The translations under genes were made by a program, and so were the position numbers. Of a stretch of DNA of 35,155 bases, positions 17,089 through 24,828 are shown piece after piece. The DNA is taken from IMG/VR virus record IMGVR_UViG_3300011339_000762, positions 1 to 35,155 of that record; one strand, written 5' to 3'. Positions within the stretch are counted from its first letter, which is position 1. The number at the start of each line of letters is the position of its first letter. This DNA comes from a virus (lineage: Duplodnaviria > Caudoviricetes). The notes below the pieces were generated by a model. The model did no database searches. It was not told the origin of the DNA and saw only the letters and a program-made list of their open reading frames with translations.

Positions 17089-17501
17089 ATTCTTTCAATT
17101 TTTGCAATGCCGCCTGCATTGTTTACGTTCTTAATAAAGTTTTTCTGCTCATTACTTACTCTGCCAGTCTTTGTCTTGACTTCGACTGCCGTGAAGACTG
17201 CTACCTTAGTACCTACCATTTCGGGAGTGATTGTTATCTCAGTCCATCCAATCAAATCGGAACTACCTTTGCACAATCCGAACTCAACGAAGCGAGGGTA
17301 CAACAAAACTCTGTCACCACTGATACTTCCCATCTGTCCCTGGTATGCTGTACCGACATTGTTACGGAATAGCACTCCTTTACGCGCGTGAGCTGCTCTT
17401 ATTCTGTCATAGTGGGTTTGTTCTTTCATAGCATATTTGTCTAAAAAATCATCTAAATAATCATTTATAACTTTTGGATTTCTATACACAGGAGTACTCA
17501 T
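17085..17501 (-). CDS. VRR-NUC domain nuclease (PD-(D/E)XK)
   Basis: LFRNNVG, GSSDLIG, AVEVKTKTGRVSNEQKNF...AGGIA. Confidence 0.9.
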   Translation of the reverse strand: MSTPVYRNPKVINDYLDDFLDKYAMKEQTHYDRIRAAHARKGVLFRNNVGTAYQGQMGSISGDRVLLYPRFVEFGLCKGSSDLIGWTEITITPEMVGTKVAVFTAVEVKTKTGRVSNEQKNFIKNVNNAGGIAKIERI

Positions 17502-17944
17502 AGCTTCCGAAATTTTTCAAGGTACTTCAATGTCGAAGGATTCTGATATCCTGATGGACCACCATTCCACATCCTTGCAAGTTCTTCATACGTTGGATAT
17601 CTGCCATTACGCTGAGCAAAGGTATGCGAGTGAACTCCCATCGTTGCCCAAAAAACGTGCTCTGCCTTTGTGCTGTCAAACATATCAGCGTGAGTATATC
17701 CAAGCAAGTCAATCAGTCCGCTGCCCTTTACGCAAATCTGATGTATCTGATATCTGCCATAAGCTCTGCCACCATCACCAATAATCGAATCCAAGTTGTT
17801 GGTCTCAATCTGTCCAATCTTTGCCTGGAACTGACTGTCACAAGTATCACGGTAAATGATAACCGTTTCAGTTACAATCCTTGTTTCGGGTTTTTGACAG
17901 CCTAATCCAAGAGAAAAGGCTGCTAAGATAAATATTTTTTTCAT
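17498..17944 (-). CDS. Lipoprotein with lysozyme-like (destabilase/i-type-like) domain
   Basis: Lipobox LGLG-C; IETN...GDGGRAYGRYQI and ARMWNGGP motifs. Confidence 0.75.
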   Translation of the reverse strand: MKKIFILAAFSLGLGCQKPETRIVTETVIIYRDTCDSQFQAKIGQIETNNLDSIIGDGGRAYGRYQIHQICVKGSGLIDLLGYTHADMFDSTKAEHVFWATMGVHSHTFAQRNGRYPTYEELARMWNGGPSGYQNPSTLKYLEKFRKL

Positions 17945-17960
17945 AATTATAATTTTTAAT

Positions 17961-18048
17961 TACCTGCGGCATCGGATCGAACGATGCTTAAAACTCTGAA
18001 CATTCGCATTGATTGAGTTTTGTTTTTCGCCACATAAACTACACAGGA
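17961..18048 (-). ncRNA. tRNA-like cloverleaf with an 18-nt loop in place of the anticodon loop
   Basis: CCTGTG/CGCAGG acceptor, TA, GTTT/AAAC D stem with GG in loop, AAAACTC/GAGTTTT stem, GCATCG-TTCGATC-CGATGC T arm; fills an intergenic gap. Confidence 0.75.
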
Positions 18049-18053
18049 TTCGT

Positions 18054-18284
18054 TTAAGTAATCTGTTTTTTCTCTACTGGGATGAAGCCAGTACCAGTAC
18101 CTTCAGTTCCCATCATTTTCAAAAAATCAATCTCTACCTTCGCAGAGCTGACAATTACACTTGCAAGATTCGCAATGGCTTCTGCTTTCTGCGTTTCAAC
18201 CTCTGTATCTGCATCTTTGTCCATCAATTTTTCAATCTGCTCAAATAGCAGGTTTCTCAAATCCTCAATTTTATTTCGTGCCAT
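18054..18284 (-). CDS. Hypothetical phage protein (partner of the HNH gene)
   Basis: NKIEDLRNLLFEQIEKL...KAEAIANLASVIVSSAKVE pattern; overlaps HNH stop. Confidence 0.8.
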   Translation of the reverse strand: MARNKIEDLRNLLFEQIEKLMDKDADTEVETQKAEAIANLASVIVSSAKVEIDFLKMMGTEGTGTGFIPVEKKQIT

Positions 18285-18891
18285 GTTTTTTTCTGATTGT
18301 TCTTTTAAGTTTTTGTAATGCCCTCATAGTCTTCTTTAACTCTTCGGGATATCTGTGCATCGTGTTTCGCCTCATGTTTTCTGCCATTGTCACCAGTTCC
18401 ATATTATCAAGAGAATAGTTCTCCTTATTTCGGTCTTTGATGCGCAGATAAAATCCTTTTGGTATTGGGCCGTTGGCTTCCTCCCATATCAATCGGTGTT
18501 TTCGAATCCATTTTCTGTGCGCAACTTTTACCAGTACATATCCTTCCTTGTCCAGTCTTGTATCTCCTTCGTTCTTCGTATTGTGCGGCAAATTACCTTT
18601 TTTGAAACTTGTAACATTGGCACTCATGTAACCTTTTACATTTTTATTCCAGGCATCTTGACCTTTTTTGTATCTTGTTGCAGCACCGTACTTCCTTAAT
18701 CTATCAGCTTCTAAACTGAGAAGGTAGTCAATAAACTCCTGAGTTTTTTTGATGCCGTGAGTATTCGCCTGGCTATAAACAGAACATGCTGACCTGTTCA
18801 ATATATTGCACAATTCTTCTGTACGAGTATGAGGATACAACTCACGCAATATCCTCATCTCATCCTCAGTCCATTTACGCTTCATGTTCAT
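18271..18891 (-). CDS. HNH endonuclease family protein with N-terminal HTH
   Basis: WTEDEMRIL N-terminus; KHRLIWEEANGPIPKG...KDRNKEN..LDNMELV..AENMRRN; start 18891 or 18885. Confidence 0.85.
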   Translation of the reverse strand: MNMKRKWTEDEMRILRELYPHTRTEELCNILNRSACSVYSQANTHGIKKTQEFIDYLLSLEADRLRKYGAATRYKKGQDAWNKNVKGYMSANVTSFKKGNLPHNTKNEGDTRLDKEGYVLVKVAHRKWIRKHRLIWEEANGPIPKGFYLRIKDRNKENYSLDNMELVTMAENMRRNTMHRYPEELKKTMRALQKLKRTIRKKHGTK

Positions 18892-19078
18892 CCTTGGCTT
18901 TTTTAAGGTAGTGCACAGCTTCTGCAATGATAACTTTGAGGCTGCCTAACTGTGCGTGTGCTTTGTACTCTTTGTCAACACAAACCATGTCAGCAGTTTC
19001 ACTTGAGCGTTCCATTGCGGTTTCAAGTTGTTTCAATGCCTGCTCGATGCAGAACTCAACAAATGTGTCATTTTTCAT
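18875..19078 (-). CDS. Hypothetical protein
   Basis: ATG with AACTACAA box variant and upstream promoter. Confidence 0.75.
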   Translation of the reverse strand: MKNDTFVEFCIEQALKQLETAMERSSETADMVCVDKEYKAHAQLGSLKVIIAEAVHYLKKAKDEHEA

Positions 19079-19119
19079 AACTTTTGTAGTTTTAATATGT
19101 GATTAATTGATTACGGTTG

Positions 19120-19146
19120 TAAAGGTAAGTAATAATATTTTATTAC
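19120..19146 (-). promoter_or_regulatory. Promoter -7 box variant TACCTTTA plus perfect operator copy
   Basis: TAAAGGTA at 19120-19127; GTAATAATATTTTATTAC at 19129-19146, identical to 4691-4708. Confidence 0.75.
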
Positions 19147-20753
19147 GTTGTACTTTTAATAAGATTTTTTTTCTTATATTTTAAAAATAATTTCCATAAT
19201 GGCAATAAAGCATCGCTAATGTGTGATTCTGTAAGATGTATGGTATTTATTCCATATTCTTCATTTAATAATTTTTTATACACTAAATATAAATTTTTAT
19301 TATGGAAATCATCTCCTTTAAAAATTCTTTTCAATTGTTCTATCATTGAATTTGCTTTTTTTACAATATTGCCTAAATGATAATAATATACCCACCAATC
19401 TTTATTTCCGAATATTTCTTTTTTAATCCATAATTCTTCAAAATATTTAAAACAAATATCATTATTTACTTTCTGCTCCTTTCTGTTCAGCAGCTCTTCC
19501 AGGGTGGTGGTATCTTTTACTGCGATGCCTTGTACTATTTTCAGCTCACGTTTTTTCTTCTCATTAACCAGTCCGCATTTCGGGCAGCACTCTTCTGACT
19601 TCTCATACACAAAGTAGCAGCTTTCACAAAAATAATATTCATCATACTTCTCTTCCTCTTGCTTCTTCTTTTTGCGTTTCTTCTTTATTCCTTCCAATGA
19701 CCAATCTCTTGGCATCAATGGGTGCTTATGTCTGCCGATGTTACCAACGTGATCAAGTATGATGCACTTCTCTTTGCCCTCACAAGGTCTTAATCCTCTT
19801 CCTACAATCTGTAAGTATAATGCCATCGACATGGTTGGTCTACATAAACCTACAACAGCCACAGCAGGTATATCTGTGCCCTCGCTTATCAAGTCGCAAA
19901 ATGTTACAACATTGATTGATCTGTCAGCAAGTCCTTTGAATATCCGCTCAATATCTTCATCTTTCAGCTCACCATGAACTGCTTCAGAGGTATATCCTGC
20001 TTCCCGAAACTTATCAGCCAACTTTTTGGACTCCGCAATACTGATGCAACTGTAAATCGCTGGCTCACTAGGTGCGAGTTTTGTGTACTCCTTTACAGCA
20101 TCACCAACTAAACCCGATTGCTCAATCAGCTTGTCAAGTTCGTTTTTATTATATTCTCCGTGCTTGTCGAGCTTCACATTCTCCAATCCTTTAAGATTCT
20201 TGAAAGTATAATAATCAGGCATCACCAGGTTGCCCATCTTCACCAGTTCAGCAGGTGTAGGACCCAATATCATATCCTGGAAGATATCTCCAAGTCCTTG
20301 CCCATCTGTTCTGATTGGTGTGGCTGTTACTCCAAGGGTATAGACTTCGGAGTAATGATCCAGGATTGTTTTCCAAGTTCCTGCATTACTATGGTGGGCC
20401 TCATCCACAATAATCAAATCAGGTACTGGTACATCAGCCAATCTGTTCTTCAAAGTCTGAACGCTGCAAATCTGTGCTGGCAAGTAGTACTGCTTAGAAT
20501 ACCCACCTGCAATAATGCCGTGACGAAGATTATACTTCTTGCATCGCTCAGAGATCTGCCGCACCAGGTTCTTTTTATGCACCAGGAAGAACACAGTCTT
20601 ACCTTTTGCCATAGCCGTTTCTGCTATGTAAATAAAGGTCTCGGTTTTTCCTCCGCCTGTTGGTAGTACGTACAGCACTCTTTTGTTCTTTTTGAGGCTG
20701 TTACGGATGCCTTGTACACCATCTTCCTGATATAGCCTAAGAGTTACGCTCAT
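19143..20753 (-). CDS. SF2 DEAD/DEAH-box helicase with C-terminal zinc ribbon
   Basis: LPTGGGKT, DEAHH, TATP, SEGTD, QIVGRGLR, CESC...CPKC; likely start 20753. Confidence 0.93.
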   Translation of the reverse strand: MSVTLRLYQEDGVQGIRNSLKKNKRVLYVLPTGGGKTETFIYIAETAMAKGKTVFFLVHKKNLVRQISERCKKYNLRHGIIAGGYSKQYYLPAQICSVQTLKNRLADVPVPDLIIVDEAHHSNAGTWKTILDHYSEVYTLGVTATPIRTDGQGLGDIFQDMILGPTPAELVKMGNLVMPDYYTFKNLKGLENVKLDKHGEYNKNELDKLIEQSGLVGDAVKEYTKLAPSEPAIYSCISIAESKKLADKFREAGYTSEAVHGELKDEDIERIFKGLADRSINVVTFCDLISEGTDIPAVAVVGLCRPTMSMALYLQIVGRGLRPCEGKEKCIILDHVGNIGRHKHPLMPRDWSLEGIKKKRKKKKQEEEKYDEYYFCESCYFVYEKSEECCPKCGLVNEKKKRELKIVQGIAVKDTTTLEELLNRKEQKVNNDICFKYFEELWIKKEIFGNKDWWVYYYHLGNIVKKANSMIEQLKRIFKGDDFHNKNLYLVYKKLLNEEYGINTIHLTESHISDALLPLWKLFLKYKKKNLIKSTT

Positions 20754-20949
20754 CGATATATTTTTTAAGGTTAGCATCTTCTTGTTTTCCAAGCTCATCA
20801 TTTATGCGCTCTAAGTACATCAATGTTTGTGGCTCAGTCCTGGACCATTTGTCCAATGTTTGTTTGTGGATGCCTGTTCTGCGGCACAGCTCACGGATGC
20901 TGATACCTGCACGATCTGCTCGCTCTTTGATTTTTTGGTAAGTTTTCAT
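20737..20949 (-). CDS. Cro/CI-like XRE HTH regulator
   Basis: GISIRELCRRTGIHKQTLDKW; first gene from the divergent promoter. Confidence 0.85.
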   Translation of the reverse strand: MKTYQKIKERADRAGISIRELCRRTGIHKQTLDKWSRTEPQTLMYLERINDELGKQEDANLKKYIDERNS

Positions 20950-20988
20950 TTTTTTTTAAGATTTTTGAAAAAATATTGTTTAATAGTG

Positions 20989-21016
20989 CAAATGTAATAA
21001 AATTTTATTATCTTTG
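20989..21016. promoter_or_regulatory. Back-to-back promoters (TACATTTG on -, TATCTTTG on +) bridged by one operator
   Basis: CAAATGTA at 20989-20996; TATCTTTG at 21009-21016; GTAATAAAATTTTATTAT at 20994-21011. Confidence 0.8.
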
Positions 21017-21053
21017 TGTAACAATTCGTTAAAATTTTAAAAAATAACTACCA

Positions 21054-21812
21054 ATGACAAACAAACAGTATCACTCAATGGTCGAGTATCTGAGCAAATC
21101 TTCACTCGATCAACTCCACAAATCACCTGCTCACTTCCAGGCTTACATTCAAGGTGAGAAAAAAGAACCAACAGCATCAATGATCTTTGGCAGCCTTGTT
21201 CATTCTGTGATGTTCGACCAGGATGACTTTGCTATCATGCCATCATGTGACCGCAGAACTAAGGAAGGCAAAATGTTGTACGAGGCATTCCTTGAAACAG
21301 CAGAAGGTAAGGAACTGATTGTTACCGCTGAGCAGCATGAACAGGCATTACTTATCACTCAGTCAGTTGCCAAGCATCCTAAGGCAGCAGCACTCCTTTC
21401 TGAAGGTGTTGCAGAGAAACCTGTATTCGGTCAACTCGGTGGTATGCCTGCAAAGTGCAAACCTGATTTTCTCAATACCAAGTTTAACGTACTGGTTGAC
21501 CTGAAAACCACTAACGATGCCAGTCCTACTGAGTTCGCCAAGTCTGTTTGGAACTTCCGCTATCATGTTCAGGCAGCTATGTACATGGACTTGACCAATG
21601 CAAAAAGATTTTTCTTCATTGCTGTTGAGAAAGAAGCTCCATTCAATTGCGAAATCTACGAACTCGATGAAGAGTCCATCGCCATCGGAAGAGCAGAATA
21701 TCTCGCAGATATCGAAACCTACAAAAAATGCCTGAAAACTGACAACTGGCATGGTTACACAGAAGAAGCTGCAATTCATGTTATCGGTTTACCTGCTTGG
21801 GCAAAAAAATAA
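21054..21812 (+). CDS. RecE-like PD-(D/E)XK exonuclease (DUF3799-like)
   Basis: LSKSSL, FGSLVH, KCKPD, VDLKTT, YHVQAAMY, FIAVEKEAP. Confidence 0.9.
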   Translation: MTNKQYHSMVEYLSKSSLDQLHKSPAHFQAYIQGEKKEPTASMIFGSLVHSVMFDQDDFAIMPSCDRRTKEGKMLYEAFLETAEGKELIVTAEQHEQALLITQSVAKHPKAAALLSEGVAEKPVFGQLGGMPAKCKPDFLNTKFNVLVDLKTTNDASPTEFAKSVWNFRYHVQAAMYMDLTNAKRFFFIAVEKEAPFNCEIYELDEESIAIGRAEYLADIETYKKCLKTDNWHGYTEEAAIHVIGLPAWAKK

Positions 21813-21838
21813 TTCTTAATCTTTAAATAACTACCACA

Positions 21839-22366
21839 ATGTCAAACATCACAAAACTTCCAACATTCCAGGATCTGATTACAGATACACAGGAATCTTT
21901 AAAGCAAAATGCCTTAACTGTACTACTGAATCAAGATCCTCCTAAGGCTTGGCTTGTAACACATCCGATGATAAAGGGGTATAATTACATGCCAATTGAG
22001 AAAATTGAGTACCTTTTAACACGAATTTTTACAAAATGGTCTGTTGAGGTAAAATCTGTTCAAATCCTCGCAAACAGCGTGTGCGTCACGGTTAGACTCT
22101 TTGTAACAAACCCGATTACCGGAGAAACAGAATGGCAAGATGGTATTGGTGCTGCTCCGATACAAACAGACAAGGGAAGTGGCGCAACTGATTGGAACTC
22201 AGTCAAAACGGATGGAGTTCAGAAGGCTGCACCAGCTGCTGAAAGTTACGCAATAAAAGACGCAGCGGAGAAATTTGGTAAGATTTTCGGGCGTGATGTG
22301 AGCAGAAAAACAACGATGGATTACAACTCGTTACTTAAAAAAAGCGATTTTAACGACCAAGTTTAG
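21839..22366 (+). CDS. Single-strand annealing protein (Rad52/Sak-like)
   Basis: Follows the exonuclease; WQDGIGA...AAESYAIKDAAEKFGKIFGRD. Confidence 0.75.
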   Translation: MSNITKLPTFQDLITDTQESLKQNALTVLLNQDPPKAWLVTHPMIKGYNYMPIEKIEYLLTRIFTKWSVEVKSVQILANSVCVTVRLFVTNPITGETEWQDGIGAAPIQTDKGSGATDWNSVKTDGVQKAAPAAESYAIKDAAEKFGKIFGRDVSRKTTMDYNSLLKKSDFNDQV

Positions 22367-22385
22367 TGTGTTAATAGTTTGTGTT

Positions 22386-22418
22386 AGAGTGCCTTATGTC
22401 TGGGCACTCTTTTTTTTT
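22386..22418 (+). terminator. Intrinsic terminator of the recombination operon
   Basis: AGAGTGCC-N9-GGCACTCT followed by T8. Confidence 0.9.
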
Positions 22419-22423
22419 GCCCA

Positions 22424-22641
22424 TGTAACAACTTTTTTAACGTGTTACAATTTTGATACAGATAACTAATTGATATTCAATTCATGTAACAATGTAACGC
22501 TTGTAACGGGAAAATACATTCATTATGAGGAACACTATTATACTATTATATATACATACATAATACATGTTACATCTGTTACATTGTTACAATATAGTAG
22601 TAGTGGGTGTTCTGATGTAACAAAAATGTAACGCTTGTAAC
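22424..22641. repeat. TGTAAC iteron cluster around an AT-rich spacer; putative replication origin
   Basis: TGTAAC at 22424, 22485, 22493, 22502, 22616, 22627, 22636; inverted TGTTACA at 22443, 22568, 22577, 22585. Confidence 0.8.
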
Positions 22642-22666
22642 ACTTCACTTTTTCAAAAAAAAAACA

Positions 22667-22674
22667 TATTTTTG
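22667..22674 (+). promoter_or_regulatory. -7 box TATTTTTG for the structured RNA / terminase operon
   Basis: Matches TAnnTTTG; no well-spaced -33 TTG seen. Confidence 0.55.
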
Positions 22675-22675
22675 C

Positions 22676-22772
22676 AGTGCTTTGTAAGCAGGTTTTTAGT
22701 TTGTCTCTCGGGGAAGGTTATTGGTAGTTTCCTTCCCCATTTTAAAAATCTTCGTTTTAAGGCACTTTTTTT
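22676..22772 (+). ncRNA. Candidate structured sRNA/leader with loop antisense to AACTACCA boxes
   Basis: GGGGAAGG-TTATTGGTAGTTT-CCTTCCCC hairpin (22710-22738); ends AGTGCTTT/AAGGCACT can pair and are followed by a T run. Confidence 0.6.
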
Positions 22773-22872
22773 ATGCGAGTGGTATATTGATACCAAAAAA
22801 GAAAGAAAATTGATTGTAGGTACTAAAGAATGAGAAGTAAGGCTATAAGCACCATTAAAAAAATGAATTAAA

Positions 22873-23229
22873 ATGGCTTTATTTGAAAAAGGACATAAAC
22901 TGGCAACTGGTAGACCGAAAGGTAGCCTAAACAAAACCACAGCCGAAACAAAATCCTTCCTGGCAAGGATAGCAAATAAGCTCGGTGAGCATATCGAGGA
23001 AGACCTCGAAATGATGGAACCTAAGGACCGAGTTAAGATTTGGCTTGAGCTTCAGGAATACCTAATACCAAAACTCAGCCGTACCGAGATAACTGGCGAA
23101 GATGGTGGAATGATAGAGATAAAACAAACACTAAAACTGGAGAACCTTGGCCTTGATCAACTTAGAGAACTTGAACGAATTGCTGAACTTGCAGCGGATC
23201 CGACAACTTATAGCAGCGAAGGATTTTAA
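22873..23229 (+). CDS. terS: Terminase small subunit
   Basis: FEKGH...GRPKGSLNK N-terminus, RTEITGEDGG; directly before terL. Confidence 0.85.
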   Translation: MALFEKGHKLATGRPKGSLNKTTAETKSFLARIANKLGEHIEEDLEMMEPKDRVKIWLELQEYLIPKLSRTEITGEDGGMIEIKQTLKLENLGLDQLRELERIAELAADPTTYSSEGF

Positions 23230-24589
23230 ACGATTCGTTAAGCATACCAAACCTGACTACCAATTCTCCTGGCATCACAATCTGCTGATTGAGTATCTTC
23301 AAAAGTTTGCAGAAGGCAAAATCAAAAAATTGATGGTATTTATGCCTCCGCAACACGGAAAGTCCGAGCTCACATCGAGAAGGCTTCCTGCATATCTGCT
23401 TGGCATCAATCCGAAACTAAAGATTGTCGGTTGCTCATATTCTGCTGACCTAAGTCGAAGTTTTAATCGTGATGTACAGCGCATTATGGATGATGATGTT
23501 TACATCGATGTCTTCCCAAACACCAGGCTAAACTCTTCCAACATCCGTACATCTGCCAAAGGTTCTTTCCTGCGCAATGCCGACATCTTTGAGATCGTTG
23601 AGAATGTTGGTTTCTATAAGTCCGTTGGTGTTGGTGGTTCTCTTACTGGTACGCCAGTAGATGTCGGCATCATCGATGACCCAGTTAAGGATGTTGTTGA
23701 GGCAAACAGTATGACATACCGAGCAAGGGTTTGGGATTGGTACAATGGTGTTTTCTCTACTCGTCTGCACAATAACTCACAAGTCTTAATTACTCAAACC
23801 CGATGGCACGAAGATGATTTATCGGGCCGAATCTTAAAGCAGAAGGATGCACACGAATGGACAGTCTTAACGCTTCCAGGTATCTTGATGACAGCGGACA
23901 AAAGGCAAGATGACCCGAGAAACATTGGTGAGGCTTTATGGCCCGAAAGACACAGCCTTGAAAAACTGCAAAAGTTCCAGGACAATTCTCCGAGATTGTT
24001 CCAAGCTATGTATCAGCAAGACCCGAAACCTTTCGAAGGTGGTTTGGTGTATCCAAAATGGAATGCCATTGACGAGGCTGAGTACAGACAGATTGGCATT
24101 GAGCCGATTTACGGACTTGACTTTGGTTACAGCACCAGTCCTGCGGCATTCGTTGAGATTAAGTTGGATATGCTGACCCGAAAGATTTACATCAAGCAGC
24201 TGATATACAAGCGAGGGATGGGAATCGATGAACTTGGTGCCGAGATAAACAGAACGATACAGACGAGCAGAGGCAAGATTATTGCAGATTCTGCTGACCC
24301 TATTTTGATTGACCATCTTCGAGGCAAGCACCGATTGAACGTACACAAGGCTGACAAGGGCAAGGACTCGATAAGCTACGGCATCTCAGCCATCAATGAG
24401 TTTGAGTTGGTGGTTACCAAGGAAAGCAAGGATGTTGCAATTGAACTTTCGAACTATCGATACAAAGAGGATGCCGATGGTAATCCATTGGATGAAGCGA
24501 TAAAAGAATTTGACCATAGTTTGGATGCTATGCGCTATGCAGTAACATCTGTAATCTCAAAGAAAAACAACAAATTTATATTATTATGA
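23147..24589 (+). CDS. terL: Terminase large subunit
   Basis: MPPQHGKS Walker A, IIDDP Walker B, TRWHEDDL, GLDFG, ADSA, DHSLDAMRY nuclease motifs; TTG start uncertain. Confidence 0.96.
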   Translation: MALINLENLNELLNLQRIRQLIAAKDFKRFVKHTKPDYQFSWHHNLLIEYLQKFAEGKIKKLMVFMPPQHGKSELTSRRLPAYLLGINPKLKIVGCSYSADLSRSFNRDVQRIMDDDVYIDVFPNTRLNSSNIRTSAKGSFLRNADIFEIVENVGFYKSVGVGGSLTGTPVDVGIIDDPVKDVVEANSMTYRARVWDWYNGVFSTRLHNNSQVLITQTRWHEDDLSGRILKQKDAHEWTVLTLPGILMTADKRQDDPRNIGEALWPERHSLEKLQKFQDNSPRLFQAMYQQDPKPFEGGLVYPKWNAIDEAEYRQIGIEPIYGLDFGYSTSPAAFVEIKLDMLTRKIYIKQLIYKRGMGIDELGAEINRTIQTSRGKIIADSADPILIDHLRGKHRLNVHKADKGKDSISYGISAINEFELVVTKESKDVAIELSNYRYKEDADGNPLDEAIKEFDHSLDAMRYAVTSVISKKNNKFILL

Positions 24590-24828
24590 TTAACGCTAAG
24601 GACATGAAAACACATCTCGACCTGATGATTGGTGAGGTGGAAGAGAAAACAGAAAAATGGAGTTTGCAGACAAGGCAGCTGCTCAACAACTTGGTTGCAG
24701 CTCGAAGGATATGTGAGCGAATCATCACGGACCAATCCATCCTGGACAAGCAAGGGAAGGAATTTTTTGAGCATCAAATACCTGCACAGAAGAAACAGAT
24801 TAAAATCAGTAAACCAAAAGCGAAATGA
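24586..24828 (+). CDS. Hypothetical protein
   Basis: ATGA-coupled on both sides. Confidence 0.75.
   Translation: MINAKDMKTHLDLMIGEVEEKTEKWSLQTRQLLNNLVAARRICERIITDQSILDKQGKEFFEHQIPAQKKQIKISKPKAK

Noticed and set aside
22424-22641. Repeat cluster as a CRISPR array
   Set aside because: Repeats are 6-7 bp in both orientations with irregular spacing; no cas genes.
22653-22940. 95-aa minus-strand ORF over the sRNA region
   Set aside because: Antisense to terS with a non-ATG start; the region is better explained by promoter and RNA structure.
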